This document shows positions 43,401-53,415 of a DNA stretch of 64,000 nucleotides, in pieces. The stretch lies in contig LCKO01000004.1 of assembly GCA_001001485.1 (NCBI GenBank), positions 4,761 through 68,760 on the forward strand, read 5' to 3'. Within the stretch, counting starts at the first letter, position 1. Every line of letters starts with the position of its first letter. The DNA comes from Candidatus Collierbacteria bacterium GW2011_GWB2_45_17. GTDB taxonomy: Bacteria > Patescibacteriota > Microgenomatia > UBA1400 > MFAQ01. A model generated the notes under the pieces. That model ran no database searches and was not told where the DNA came from. It worked only from the letters and a program-made list of their open reading frames with translations. The position numbers were made by a program, and so were the translations under genes.

Positions 43401-45717
43401 TTTCTGGGGTTGGGGTTGGCAAGTAGTTTGACGGGGTAACAGTCTTTGACTGGAATTTGGAGTAGTCGACGATGGTTTGTGGCCATTGAATGTGTCCATT
43501 GTCATCTACGGGATAGACGCAGTCTAGACAAAAATCATAAGTAAAAGGATCAGAAACGACAGTGTGTTCTTCTAGGTCACGGTCGACCGTTTCATCTCCG
43601 GGCAGAACCGGATACTTGTCCGACCGTCGAACCCAAACCTGTTTTTTGGTGAGATAATTATTTTGGCTTAGAGGAAGAACGCCTTCGATAAAATATTCCG
43701 AATGGGATTCGCACTGATTTTCTTGTTGAGCCAGAAGGCCGGTTAGATTGCAAACTTGAAAGTTGGTGACCATCTCCGGTTTTGACAGTGGCTTGTCTTT
43801 GATGTTTTGAAGTACTTTTCTCATGATGGTATTCCAGATTGGAGAAGCGCCGGTGACGCCTGAGGCGACATAACTCATGGAGGAGTTGTCATTGTTACCG
43901 ACCCAGGTGACGGCCAAATAATCCGGCGTATAGCCTATGGTCCAGTTGTCCTTTAGGTCGTTGGTGGTACCGGTTTTTACGGAAACGGTATGCCCGGGAA
44001 TAACCAGTTTGCTGGTAGCTCCAAAAGCGGCTGAACGGGCACCGTTGTCGGCTAAGATATCAGAAATAATAAAGGTGACTTCTTGTGGAAGAGTAACTCT
44101 GGGGTCGGTGGGAAGAAGGTTTTGTATTTGATTTTGTTTCCCAAAATCGGTCCAGTTTAATGGCATGACAGAAACTAAGTTTGCCGTTTTCTCCGGCTGG
44201 AATTCTTCGAGAATTTGACCGTCGAAAGTTTCAATCTTTAAAACGGAAACAAGAGGTACAGTAACACCCCTGTTAGCAAAAGTGCCAAAGGCTTTGGCCA
44301 TATCAAACATGGTTACCTCCCCGCCTCCAAGAGTAAGGGATAGACCGTATTGACTAGAGTCTGTCCATGAGGAAATTCCCATGGCAGAGGCAGTAGCGAT
44401 GAAGGAGGCGTTGCCATTGAGAGCCAGTTGTTTGACGGCCGGAATGTTGAGGGAGCTGGCTAGTGCTTGACGCATAGAAACCGGTCCACGGAAAGTATTA
44501 TCGTAATTTTTGGGACAGTACTGTTTTTGGCCAGAGACATTAAAACAAGTAGGCAGATCGAGATAGGTGGTGCTGGTTGGCCAGCCATTTAAAAGTCCGG
44601 TGGCATAGTTTATGGGTTTAATTGAAGAACCGGGTTGGCGCTGGGAAGTGACCACGTTTACCTGGCCATCAATATCATCATCGTAGTAATCTTTGGAACC
44701 AACCAGGGCCAGAATTTCTCCCGTGTTGGGGTGAGTAACGATGGCGGCGCCGTTGCTGATTTTTAACTTGGCAATTTTTTTCATTTCGGCCGAAAGTGAA
44801 GCTTGAACGTAGTTTTGTAAATCAAGGTCCAAAGTGGTGGTGACTTTTAGTCCACCCAAGTTCACTTTATCCTCACCATACTTTTGAACCAGACTGTCGC
44901 GAACCATAAGAGAAAAATGTGGACCGTTGATAGAGATATTTTTTTTGATAAAGTTAAGTTTTTCTATTTTAGCCGCTTCCAGCTGATCAGAGGTCAGGTA
45001 ACCATCTTCAAACATTCGACGAAGGACTTCGTGTTGACGATTGATGGCCAGCTCCGGTTTGGCTCCGAAAGGAGAGTATCGAGTGGGAGATTGGGGTAGG
45101 CCGGCCAGTAAAGCAGACTCGGCTAGATTAAGGTCTTTAGCCGATTTACCGAAGTAAGTCTGGGCTGCCGTTTCTATGCCGTAAACTGTGCCCCCATAGG
45201 GGGCGTGATTGAGGTAAAGTTCCAGAATTTGGTCTTTGTTGTAATAAACTTCCGTGACTAAGGCAAGGATGGCTTCTTTGATTTTCCGGGTGATGGTTCG
45301 GCGAGGATCCGAGAGGAGTGAATTTTTTACTAATTGTTGGGTAATGGTAGAACCACCCTCCAGCCTTTTACCAGTCAAGGTTTTAAAAGTGGCTCGGATA
45401 ATGGCCAAAGTGTCCAAACCGTGGTGTTTATAAAAATTTTTATCTTCGATAGCGATGGTAGCTTGTTTGACAAAATCGGGAATATTTTTGGAGGAGATGG
45501 GTGAGCGGCGAATGTCGGAGTAGACCTCATAAAGCAGTTTGCCGTTTCGATCAAGGATTTTGGTACTAATGGGAGCCGGTGTTTTGACTAGTTTGGCCGG
45601 ATTGGGAACATCTTTTAGTAGAAAAAATAAAAAAATTAGAGATAGGCCAGAAAAAATTAACACCAGACTTAAAGGCGTGGGACGGTATTGAAGAAGTTTC
45701 TGGCGAGTGATGACCAT
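43384..45717 (-). CDS. PBP1A-family bifunctional transglycosylase/transpeptidase (penicillin-binding protein) 2
   Basis: GT51 EDKNFYKHHG, GGSTITQQLVKN; TPase GSSIKP, SSLN, KTGTTND. Confidence 0.85.
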   Translation of the reverse strand: MVITRQKLLQYRPTPLSLVLIFSGLSLIFLFFLLKDVPNPAKLVKTPAPISTKILDRNGKLLYEVYSDIRRSPISSKNIPDFVKQATIAIEDKNFYKHHGLDTLAIIRATFKTLTGKRLEGGSTITQQLVKNSLLSDPRRTITRKIKEAILALVTEVYYNKDQILELYLNHAPYGGTVYGIETAAQTYFGKSAKDLNLAESALLAGLPQSPTRYSPFGAKPELAINRQHEVLRRMFEDGYLTSDQLEAAKIEKLNFIKKNISINGPHFSLMVRDSLVQKYGEDKVNLGGLKVTTTLDLDLQNYVQASLSAEMKKIAKLKISNGAAIVTHPNTGEILALVGSKDYYDDDIDGQVNVVTSQRQPGSSIKPINYATGLLNGWPTSTTYLDLPTCFNVSGQKQYCPKNYDNTFRGPVSMRQALASSLNIPAVKQLALNGNASFIATASAMGISSWTDSSQYGLSLTLGGGEVTMFDMAKAFGTFANRGVTVPLVSVLKIETFDGQILEEFQPEKTANLVSVMPLNWTDFGKQNQIQNLLPTDPRVTLPQEVTFIISDILADNGARSAAFGATSKLVIPGHTVSVKTGTTNDLKDNWTIGYTPDYLAVTWVGNNDNSSMSYVASGVTGASPIWNTIMRKVLQNIKDKPLSKPEMVTNFQVCNLTGLLAQQENQCESHSEYFIEGVLPLSQNNYLTKKQVWVRRSDKYPVLPGDETVDRDLEEHTVVSDPFTYDFCLDCVYPVDDNGHIQWPQTIVDYSKFQSKTVTPSNYLPTPTPENAQPN

Positions 45718-45753
45718 GGTTAGGTAATTATACTGGTATGTTAGTATTTAAAG

Positions 45754-46332
45754 ATGAGACGGCTTTGGTACTACTATTTATACCTATTAATTGTTTGGGG
45801 GAGTTTCAGATATTTTGTCCGCTTGCCAGACGTAATTGAAGAGCTTTGGTTTAAACCTCTGATTTGGTTAGTGCCTTTGTTTTGGTGGGGCTTATCGCTT
45901 TCCACCAAATTAGTAATGTTCGGAAAAGATTTGTTTCGTTCAGTGGTCTGGGGAGTTTTTGTGGGAGCTTTGTATTTTGGACTGATTAGAAGGTTTAATT
46001 TTAATGGAGAGATCGGCAATCTGGATATGATGGGAGTGGCTTTGGCGACAGCAGTGACGGAAGAGCTAACCTTTAGTGGTTTTGTAGCCGGATATCTGGA
46101 AAAAATTCAAAAAGGGAAGTGGATAAACTTTTTAATAGTGGGGTTGATGGTAGCAGTCATAAGATTGCCAATATTGTTATTTGTTTACGGTTTGGGACTA
46201 GTTGACTTGGTTGGCGTAATATTCTTCGCCGGTGCGAGTGGAATAATAAACGCTTGGATAAGAATACGGACAGGGAATGTGACCGGTTCGATTTTGGCGA
46301 GGTTGGGGATGAATCTCGCCGTATTGGGATAA
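45754..46332 (+). CDS. CPBP-family (CAAX protease/Abi) intramembrane metalloprotease-like protein
   Basis: Multi-TM; TEELTFSGF (EExxxR/F-type motif 1) and later FFAGASGIINAWI. Confidence 0.5.
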   Translation: MRRLWYYYLYLLIVWGSFRYFVRLPDVIEELWFKPLIWLVPLFWWGLSLSTKLVMFGKDLFRSVVWGVFVGALYFGLIRRFNFNGEIGNLDMMGVALATAVTEELTFSGFVAGYLEKIQKGKWINFLIVGLMVAVIRLPILLFVYGLGLVDLVGVIFFAGASGIINAWIRIRTGNVTGSILARLGMNLAVLG

Positions 46333-46377
46333 ATTGGGGGTTGACATACTAAGGGTGGTGGATAAAGATGAAAGTCA

Positions 46378-46393
46378 ACACTAAATATTGTGT
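46378..46393 (+). promoter_or_regulatory. NrdR box acacTAAATATTgtgt at the nrdR start
   Basis: Matches the NrdR-box palindrome pattern (acaC-w-AtATaT-w-Gtgt); precedes nrdR-nrdJ. Confidence 0.55.
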
Positions 46394-46398
46394 TTCTT

Positions 46399-46872
46399 AT
46401 GAACTGTCCATATTGCTCTAATGAAGATTCGGCCGTCCTGGAGAGTCGGGGTCTGCCGGAGGATGTGGGGGTACGAAGGAGAAGGCGGTGTAAAAAGTGC
46501 GATAAACGGTTTACGACCCACGAGACGGTGGTGAAGATAGATCTCAGAGTAATAAAAAAGAACGGTCGAGTAGAGCAGTACGATAGAGAAAAACTTTTGA
46601 AGGGTATTGGGAAAGCGTGTTATAAACGAAAAGTAACAACAGAAGAAATTGAAAATTTGGTGGATGAAGTGGAGTGCAAGATGCTAAATAGGCGGACGGT
46701 AGAAATTAAGTCCAGCGAGATAGGTAAGATGGTTCTTAATCGGCTGAAGAGATTGGATGAGCTCGCCTATATGCGATTTGCCAGTGTTTACCTGGATTTT
46801 CACAATGCCGATGATTTTAAGCAGTTTGTTTTGACTTCACAGAAATCCTTCGGCTTTGCTCAGGACAAATAA
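46399..46872 (+). CDS. nrdR: Transcriptional repressor NrdR
   Basis: MNCPYCSNEDSAVLESR...RRRRCKKCDKRFTTHE zinc ribbon plus ATP-cone. Confidence 0.85.
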   Translation: MNCPYCSNEDSAVLESRGLPEDVGVRRRRRCKKCDKRFTTHETVVKIDLRVIKKNGRVEQYDREKLLKGIGKACYKRKVTTEEIENLVDEVECKMLNRRTVEIKSSEIGKMVLNRLKRLDELAYMRFASVYLDFHNADDFKQFVLTSQKSFGFAQDK

Positions 46873-49165
46873 TTACCAATTAATTAAGCAGAAAATGAAA
46901 AATAAAAAGAAGGTGCAAGTCAAAGAGGAAAAATTTGAAGTTCCAAAGACAATTGTCAAAAGAGACGGCAGAGTAATGCCGTTTGAAATTAAGAAGATTG
47001 AAAAGGCGATGCTCTTGTGTTTTGAGGATTTGGGCAAGGAACCGGCAACTCCGATAGGGGAACTAGCTAAGAGAGTAGTAAATATAATTGGAGTCAAGTA
47101 TGTAAAACCGACGGTAGAGCAAGTCCAGGATACGGTAGAGTTGGTTTTGCAAGCGGCAGGTGAGTTTGCGGCGGCCAAGAACTACATTATCTATAGAGTG
47201 GAGCATGCCAAGATGAGAGATGCCAGACCGGTGCCCAGGGAGGTGGCTAAGGCGTTTGCGGATAGTGATGTTTATTTTGAAAACCAGATCCAGAAATTCC
47301 AGTTTTTTGATAAGTATTCGCGTTTTAATTATGATTTGGGAAGGAGAGAGACTTGGAAAGAAACGGTAGATAGGTCGGTAGATTATTTACGAGAACTGTC
47401 GGGAGAAAAGCTGGATGCGAGTGTGTACAAAAGAATCAGAAGTTCGATGTTGGAAATGAAGGCCACGCCGTCGATGAGACTCTTGGCCATGGCCGGCCCG
47501 GCGGCGAGAAGAAATAATATCAGTATTTACAACTGTTCTTATCAGCCGGTGGACAGTATAGATTCGTTTGTTGAGGCCTTGATTATTTCCATGAACGGGT
47601 GCGGCGTTGGTTTTTCGGTGGAAAGTAAGTATGTCGAAAATCTTCCCAGAGTAAAAAGACAGAATGGCTTGGAAACCAAACAAATGGTGATAGAGGATTC
47701 AACGGAAGGTTGGGCCGAGGCTTTGAGGACCGGTCTTACTACTTGGCTTGGAGGCGGAGATGTTCGATTTGATTATTCCGCTCTCCGTCCAGCCGGAGCG
47801 ATACTTCGAACCAAGGGAGGCAGGTCATCTGGTCCGGAACCACTAAGACGAATGATGGAGTTTGTCAGAGAAAGAATTTTTGCCCGACAAGGGAGTTTCT
47901 TGAGACCGATTGATGCTCACGACATGATGTGTGAAGTGGGCAATGCCGCCGTTTCCGGAGGAATGAGAAGAACGGCGATGATTTCACTTTTTGATTTTGA
48001 TGATAACGAGATGTGGAACTCTAAGTCAGGGGACTTTGAAAGAGACAACAGCCAGAGGTGGAACGCTAACAACAGCGCGGTCTGGCCACTGTCCGGTTTG
48101 ACACAGTTTGAGGTTACCAAGCAGATGCTGGAGATAGTAAAATCCGGAAGGGGTGAGCCGGGTATCTTTAATCGACAATCGGCGATTGATACGAGGCCGG
48201 CCAGACGAACAGTGGCTGAATTTGGAACCAATCCGTGTGGAGAGATTATCTTGAGACCTTTTGAGTTTTGTAATCTTTCGATAGCGATAGCCCGACATGA
48301 AGATACCTATGAAACACTGAAAGACAAAGTTGAGGTGGCGGCAATAATTGGGACGATTCAATCACTGGCTACCAATTTCCCCGGTTTAAGACCGGCTTGG
48401 AAGAAAAACTGTGAAGAGGAAAGACTTTTGGGAGTAGACATTAATGGACAGATGGATAGTCCGGTAGCCCAAGATCCGGCAGTTCAGAACCGACTACGGC
48501 AGGTGGCGATTGAGACAAATAGATTAACAGCTCAGAAACTGGGAATAAACCAAGCAAGTGCTGTTACCTGTGTAAAACCTTCCGGCAACTCATCACAGTT
48601 ATTTAACTGTTCGTCGGGAATTCATGCCCGATGGTCTCCCTATTACGTCAGAAACATCCGAGTCAGCACTCACTCGTCTATTTATAAGGTGCTGAAAGAT
48701 GAAGGGGTGCCGATGGATCCGGAGAATGGTCAGACTCCCGAAACAGCGAATACTTGGGTAATTCACTTTCCGGTAAAGTCTCCGGATGGCGCCATCACCA
48801 GAAAAAGTTATTCGGCCATACAGCAGTGTGATTACTGGTTTCAAAATAAAGTTAACTGGACAGAGCACAACCCAAGCGTGACCATAACTTATTCTCCCGA
48901 TGAAGTGATTGACCTTATTAAGTGGGTCTGGGAGCACAAGAACCTAATCGGAGGAATGGCCTTTTTACCGGTGTTTGACGCCGCCTACTCGCAGATGCCT
49001 TACCAGGAGATAGAAAAAGAGGAGTACGAAAAGTTGAAAGCGAAGTTCCCAACGATTGACTTTAGTAAACTATATCGATACGAGGAAGAGGACTATACCA
49101 AGGCGGCTCAGGAGCTGGCTTGTGTGGCTGGTTGCGATATAGATCCCAATGAGGGGAAGCTCTAG
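46856..49165 (+). CDS. nrdJ: Ribonucleotide reductase, class II (adenosylcobalamin-dependent), with N-terminal ATP-cone
   Basis: ATP-cone VKRDGRVMPFEIKKIEKAM; active site FGTNPCGEIILRPFEFCNLS. True start possibly at a downstream Met. Confidence 0.75.
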   Translation: MLRTNNYQLIKQKMKNKKKVQVKEEKFEVPKTIVKRDGRVMPFEIKKIEKAMLLCFEDLGKEPATPIGELAKRVVNIIGVKYVKPTVEQVQDTVELVLQAAGEFAAAKNYIIYRVEHAKMRDARPVPREVAKAFADSDVYFENQIQKFQFFDKYSRFNYDLGRRETWKETVDRSVDYLRELSGEKLDASVYKRIRSSMLEMKATPSMRLLAMAGPAARRNNISIYNCSYQPVDSIDSFVEALIISMNGCGVGFSVESKYVENLPRVKRQNGLETKQMVIEDSTEGWAEALRTGLTTWLGGGDVRFDYSALRPAGAILRTKGGRSSGPEPLRRMMEFVRERIFARQGSFLRPIDAHDMMCEVGNAAVSGGMRRTAMISLFDFDDNEMWNSKSGDFERDNSQRWNANNSAVWPLSGLTQFEVTKQMLEIVKSGRGEPGIFNRQSAIDTRPARRTVAEFGTNPCGEIILRPFEFCNLSIAIARHEDTYETLKDKVEVAAIIGTIQSLATNFPGLRPAWKKNCEEERLLGVDINGQMDSPVAQDPAVQNRLRQVAIETNRLTAQKLGINQASAVTCVKPSGNSSQLFNCSSGIHARWSPYYVRNIRVSTHSSIYKVLKDEGVPMDPENGQTPETANTWVIHFPVKSPDGAITRKSYSAIQQCDYWFQNKVNWTEHNPSVTITYSPDEVIDLIKWVWEHKNLIGGMAFLPVFDAAYSQMPYQEIEKEEYEKLKAKFPTIDFSKLYRYEEEDYTKAAQELACVAGCDIDPNEGKL

Positions 49166-49324
49166 GAGGGTCTGATTACTATCAGTCTTTTGTTGACATT
49201 GCTAAGAGTTAGTTTGGGCGATTTTACGGTGCTGTACCGCTCTTTTTATATCTTTCTTGTGGGATTTATTTGTCTTCCTTGGCTTCTCTCTGGTTACAGT
49301 GAAGCAGTTTTGGTATAGTTAGAT

Positions 49325-49690
49325 ATGCCTGCTTTGGGTAAGGAAATAGAACGCCAACTGACTCCCGACGAGATCGCCTTGCGAGAGGTTCAGGGGTATA
49401 TAGATAAAGTAGAACATCAGGCAGAAACGCAAGAACCACCGGTATACAGTCAACAACAGGTTTCCCCGGGGATGATGACTACACCTCGACCCACCAGCCC
49501 GAATATAACAAGCGTGATTCCGGTTTCGACCAAGCAGAAAATAATTCTGCCTCTTGATCAAACGGGAGTAGAGGGCGGTTTAAAAAACCATGTGTTTGAG
49601 GGACTGCGGTGGTTGTCTGAATGGTGTGTCATGATGATTAAAAAATATCCAGGCAGAGTCTTTTATATGTCGCCTCAAGTAAACAGATGA
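49325..49690 (+). CDS. Hypothetical protein
   Basis: Intact ORF overlapping the following ATPase gene by 4 nt (operon-like). Confidence 0.35.
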   Translation: MPALGKEIERQLTPDEIALREVQGYIDKVEHQAETQEPPVYSQQQVSPGMMTTPRPTSPNITSVIPVSTKQKIILPLDQTGVEGGLKNHVFEGLRWLSEWCVMMIKKYPGRVFYMSPQVNR

Positions 49691-52008
49691 TCTATCTAAA
49701 CTTCTGGATTCAGTATTTCTTGGCAATACTCTTGGGACTTACCTTGCTGGGGACAACGGTGGTTGGTTTTTGGATGTTGTTTGTAATCTGGCTTCGAAAC
49801 AGAAATAGAGAAGAGGTCAGTCTAAACTTTGTGCTTTTGGAAATAGCCGTGCCCAAGGACAATGAAATAAAGATTGATGCGGTCGAACAGATGTTTGCCT
49901 CTCTTTTTTCCTTAAAAAAGGGAGGCTTTTGGCAGAAGTTTGAGTCACAACAACATTTGTCTTTGGAGATTGTGGGGCGAAAAGAAGATATTCGGTTTTA
50001 TATTTCTTGTCATAAAAAGAATGTCGAGCTGGTAGAAAAACTAGTTTCCGGTACTTATCCCGGGACCCACGTCAAACAGGTTGATGAATACAATATCTTT
50101 TATAAAGATACTAAAGTAGATTTTGCCGAGTTGGCTTTAAAAAATGAAAGTTTTAAACCAATAAAATCTTTTAAAGAGCTACCGGTAGATTCTTTGTCTT
50201 CAATTACTTCAGCGATGGCAAAATTTGGAGATAATGAAGCGGCGGCGATACAGATAGTGGTTTCCCCAGCCGAGTCTCACTGGAGTAAGTCCGGCCTTGA
50301 TTACGTTTCAAAGCTGAAAAAAGACGAATCCGATCCGGAGAAGGCAAGATTTAAGATGAACCCTCAGGACATGGAGGCGATTACCAATAAGTGTTCCAAG
50401 GTAGGATTTTTGACCAGCATTAGAATTGTGAGTGTGGCTCCGACTATGGATCAGGCGAAAGCCAACCTTAGCAACCTAAAGGGAACTTTTTCCCAGTTTG
50501 CAGGTAATCAAAACAATTTCACCGGTAACAAAATTTGGTTTAAACAGTCATTTATGCTCGATTTTATTTACAGATATCAAAATATGTGGGGACTAAACTC
50601 GGTCTTGTCGACCGACGAGCTGGCAACGGTGTGGCACCTTCCAAACAAAACAATTGAAACTTCACACATTTACTGGCTGACGGCAAAGACAGCCCCGGCA
50701 TCGGGTGAGTTTCCCGAGTCCGGTTTGTGGCTTGGCAGATCGGTAGACAGAGGTCAAGAGAGAAATATTTATATGGGAGAGACGGACAGAATGAAACACC
50801 TTTATATCATCGGCCGAACGGGTACCGGAAAAACGGAACTTCTGAAATCGATGATCATTCAGGATATGAGGGCGGGCAAAGGGCTCTGCTTTATGGAACC
50901 ACATGGCGACGGTATCGAGGAACTGTTGGAGCTGGTGCCACCGGAGAGAGCCGAAGATGTGGTGGTCTTTGATCCTTCGGACAAGGAGAGACCGATGGGT
51001 TTTAACTTACTTGAAGTAAGGAATTATGAAGAGATGCACATCGTGGCCTCTTCGATCATCAACTTGATGTACAAGCTCTACGATCCACACCGGACCGGAA
51101 TGGTGGGACCGAGATTTGAACACGCCATCAGAAACGCCATGCTGACGGTGGCGACCGTTCCCGGAGCCACTTTTGTGGAGGTGAACAGAGCCCTGACAGA
51201 TCAGAAATACGTCCAAGAAATACTGCCAAACGTAAAAGACCCGATTGTCAAACGCTACTGGACGGACCAGATTGCGCAGACCAGTGACTTCCATAAATCA
51301 GAGACTTTGGATTATATCGCCTCTAAGTTTGGAAGGTTCGTGACCAATCAACTAATTAGAAACATCATTGGTCAAGCGAAGAGCACCCTTAATTTTAGAA
51401 CGGCTATGGACGAGGGAAAAATCGTGTTTCTTAAACTGGCCAAAGGTATATTGGGGGAGGAAGACTCCAGCTTTTTGGGTAACATACTGATTCCGAAGAT
51501 ATTATCGGCGGCACTTTCCCGACAAGAAGTGCCCAAGGAGCAGAGACGCCCCTTCTACTTATATGTAGATGAGTTTCAAAACTTTGCCACGCCGGACTTT
51601 GCCCAGATGCTTTCCGAAGTACGAAAGTACGGAATTGGCTTGGTGCTCGCTAATCAGTTTGTGAGCCAAATCGACGAACAAGTTCGAGACGCTATCTTTG
51701 GGAACTGTGGAACCTTGATGACTTATCGGGTGGGCGTTCAGGATGCGGCCATTTTGGCCAAAGAGTTTGAAGGAGTCTTTGGTGAGACGGATCTTGCTAA
51801 TATACCGGCTCAAAATATTTATGTCAAAACAGTCGTAAACGGAACTCCGGTGCGACCATTTTCGATGAACGTAGAGAGAGATCTAAAAGCGGAGAGGGCT
51901 CAAGGAAGTCTGGAAGTGTCCAGGATGGTCAGGGAATTATCCAGGCTGAAATTTGGGCGGGATGTTGCCGAAGTGAGTGAGGAAATAGAGAGAAGATCAA
52001 ACCTGTAA
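49687..52008 (+). CDS. Membrane-anchored VirD4/TraG/TraD-like (type IV coupling protein family) P-loop ATPase
   Basis: Two N-terminal TM helices; Walker A LYIIGRTGTGKT; Walker B FYLYVDEFQNF; TrwB/TraD-type all-alpha and C-terminal segments. Confidence 0.55.
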   Translation: MIYLNFWIQYFLAILLGLTLLGTTVVGFWMLFVIWLRNRNREEVSLNFVLLEIAVPKDNEIKIDAVEQMFASLFSLKKGGFWQKFESQQHLSLEIVGRKEDIRFYISCHKKNVELVEKLVSGTYPGTHVKQVDEYNIFYKDTKVDFAELALKNESFKPIKSFKELPVDSLSSITSAMAKFGDNEAAAIQIVVSPAESHWSKSGLDYVSKLKKDESDPEKARFKMNPQDMEAITNKCSKVGFLTSIRIVSVAPTMDQAKANLSNLKGTFSQFAGNQNNFTGNKIWFKQSFMLDFIYRYQNMWGLNSVLSTDELATVWHLPNKTIETSHIYWLTAKTAPASGEFPESGLWLGRSVDRGQERNIYMGETDRMKHLYIIGRTGTGKTELLKSMIIQDMRAGKGLCFMEPHGDGIEELLELVPPERAEDVVVFDPSDKERPMGFNLLEVRNYEEMHIVASSIINLMYKLYDPHRTGMVGPRFEHAIRNAMLTVATVPGATFVEVNRALTDQKYVQEILPNVKDPIVKRYWTDQIAQTSDFHKSETLDYIASKFGRFVTNQLIRNIIGQAKSTLNFRTAMDEGKIVFLKLAKGILGEEDSSFLGNILIPKILSAALSRQEVPKEQRRPFYLYVDEFQNFATPDFAQMLSEVRKYGIGLVLANQFVSQIDEQVRDAIFGNCGTLMTYRVGVQDAAILAKEFEGVFGETDLANIPAQNIYVKTVVNGTPVRPFSMNVERDLKAERAQGSLEVSRMVRELSRLKFGRDVAEVSEEIERRSNL

Positions 52009-52037
52009 TTTTTGGGTGGTAAAATACTTCATAATTG

Positions 52038-52112
52038 GGGCGACTAGCTCAATGGTAGAGCAAACGTCTTATACACGTTCGGTTTCAGGTTCGAGCCCTG
52101 AGTCGCCCACCA
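52038..52112 (+). tRNA. tRNA-Ile (anticodon UAU), CCA encoded
   Basis: Hand-folded: acceptor GGGCGAC/GTCGCCC, D-arm GCTC-AATGGTA-GAGC, anticodon stem AACGT/ACGTT with loop CTTATAC (TAT), T-arm TCAGG-TTCGAGC-CCTGA, ACCA 3' end. Confidence 0.75.
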
Positions 52113-52115
52113 AAA

Positions 52116-52487
52116 ATGAAAGCTATGACAAAAAATACTCAAAAAATTAAGGTAAAGCAAGATAGACTCTTGAGAGTGGTTCAGCCCGAGGGGGGAATCA
52201 AGGACTATTTGGGCAACAATTGGCCACAAGAAATGGTTATCAGCGGAAACTTGGAGCTGGGGAAAACCGGAAACCCCGTCACCGTCTATCTTGAAGATGA
52301 GATAACCGGCGAGTCACTGGAGATTTCGGGGGTTAAGAATGCCTTTGTCATATTGGAAGATACCAGAAGATCGACTTCGGGCTGGCTAGCGATGGCCGTA
52401 GGCTCAATAGAGAAAATGGGAGACGTTCTGGGTTTTTTATCTCAGACAACACTGGACACTATCAGGAAGCTGACCAAAAGGACTTAG
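52116..52487 (+). CDS. Hypothetical protein
   Basis: Intact 123-aa ORF immediately 3' of tRNA-Ile. Confidence 0.35.
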   Translation: MKAMTKNTQKIKVKQDRLLRVVQPEGGIKDYLGNNWPQEMVISGNLELGKTGNPVTVYLEDEITGESLEISGVKNAFVILEDTRRSTSGWLAMAVGSIEKMGDVLGFLSQTTLDTIRKLTKRT

Positions 52488-53359
52488 AGGTCAACAATCT
52501 TAGGTTTATCCTTAGCTGGTTTTTCGGAAATGAATTCCAGATATTTTTCGGTGGTGGAGAGTCTTTTGTGGCCCACGAGCTTACTGATATAAACTAGGGG
52601 ACTGCCGGAAGTGAGCTGTTGGGCAATAAAAGTGTGTCTCAGGTCATTGACCTTGGCTTTTTCGATACCGGCAAGATGAAAGTATCGGTCAAGATTAGAG
52701 CGGATATTTCTGATTAAGAAAGAGTTGCCAGTCTTGGTGATGAAGACATTGGTGTTGGCGCTTTTGGGACGAACAGTAAGATATCGATCAAGAGCTTCTT
52801 TGGCCGGCTGGTTGATGGGAATGATACGTTCCGGATGTGATTCGTAGGCACGGATCGTGATTTGATGGGTGTGGCCATCAATGTCGGAAATTTTTAGATT
52901 GGCAAGCTCAGAGATACGCATCCCAGTTTGGAGAAGAATCTCAACAATGGCGGCCATTCTAAGATCCTCTCTGCAAGTGTCACGAAGGGCGCGATACTCG
53001 ATTTTGTTTAAGAGCCGAGGAGGTTTGATGTCGTATTTGGGGTGAGAAACTCCAACGGAAGGGTTTTCGGTGATGAGGCCTTGGGACTCAATATAGGAGA
53101 AAAAGGATTTGATGGAGTTAATTTTTCTGGAAACTGACTTGGTGGTGTAGTTTTTTTCGGCCAGATCGGCTTTGAAAGCGTCGATATGATCTTTGGTGAC
53201 CTCATCTAGGTTCAAGATGTTTGACTTGGCGACAAAGTCGGCCAGCTGTTCGATATCCTTAGAGTAAGCTAAAATAGTAGCAGAAGCCCGGCCTTGCTTG
53301 GCAAGGTTGGCTTTGAAGGCCGAAACGGCCTGTTTGATATTTAGCTCGGTTTGTTCCAT
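52484..53359 (-). CDS. Tyrosine site-specific recombinase (XerC/XerD/phage-integrase family)
   Basis: N-terminal SAM-like core-binding domain; catalytic GMRISELANL (Arg I), LRHTFIAQQL (His/Arg II), LVGHKRLSTTEKYL (His, Tyr). Confidence 0.8.
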   Translation of the reverse strand: MEQTELNIKQAVSAFKANLAKQGRASATILAYSKDIEQLADFVAKSNILNLDEVTKDHIDAFKADLAEKNYTTKSVSRKINSIKSFFSYIESQGLITENPSVGVSHPKYDIKPPRLLNKIEYRALRDTCREDLRMAAIVEILLQTGMRISELANLKISDIDGHTHQITIRAYESHPERIIPINQPAKEALDRYLTVRPKSANTNVFITKTGNSFLIRNIRSNLDRYFHLAGIEKAKVNDLRHTFIAQQLTSGSPLVYISKLVGHKRLSTTEKYLEFISEKPAKDKPKIVDL

Positions 53360-53415
53360 GGTTTTAGATACTTTAATTATGTATGGCGCTAATTATAACA
53401 CTCTAGGTCTAGCAA

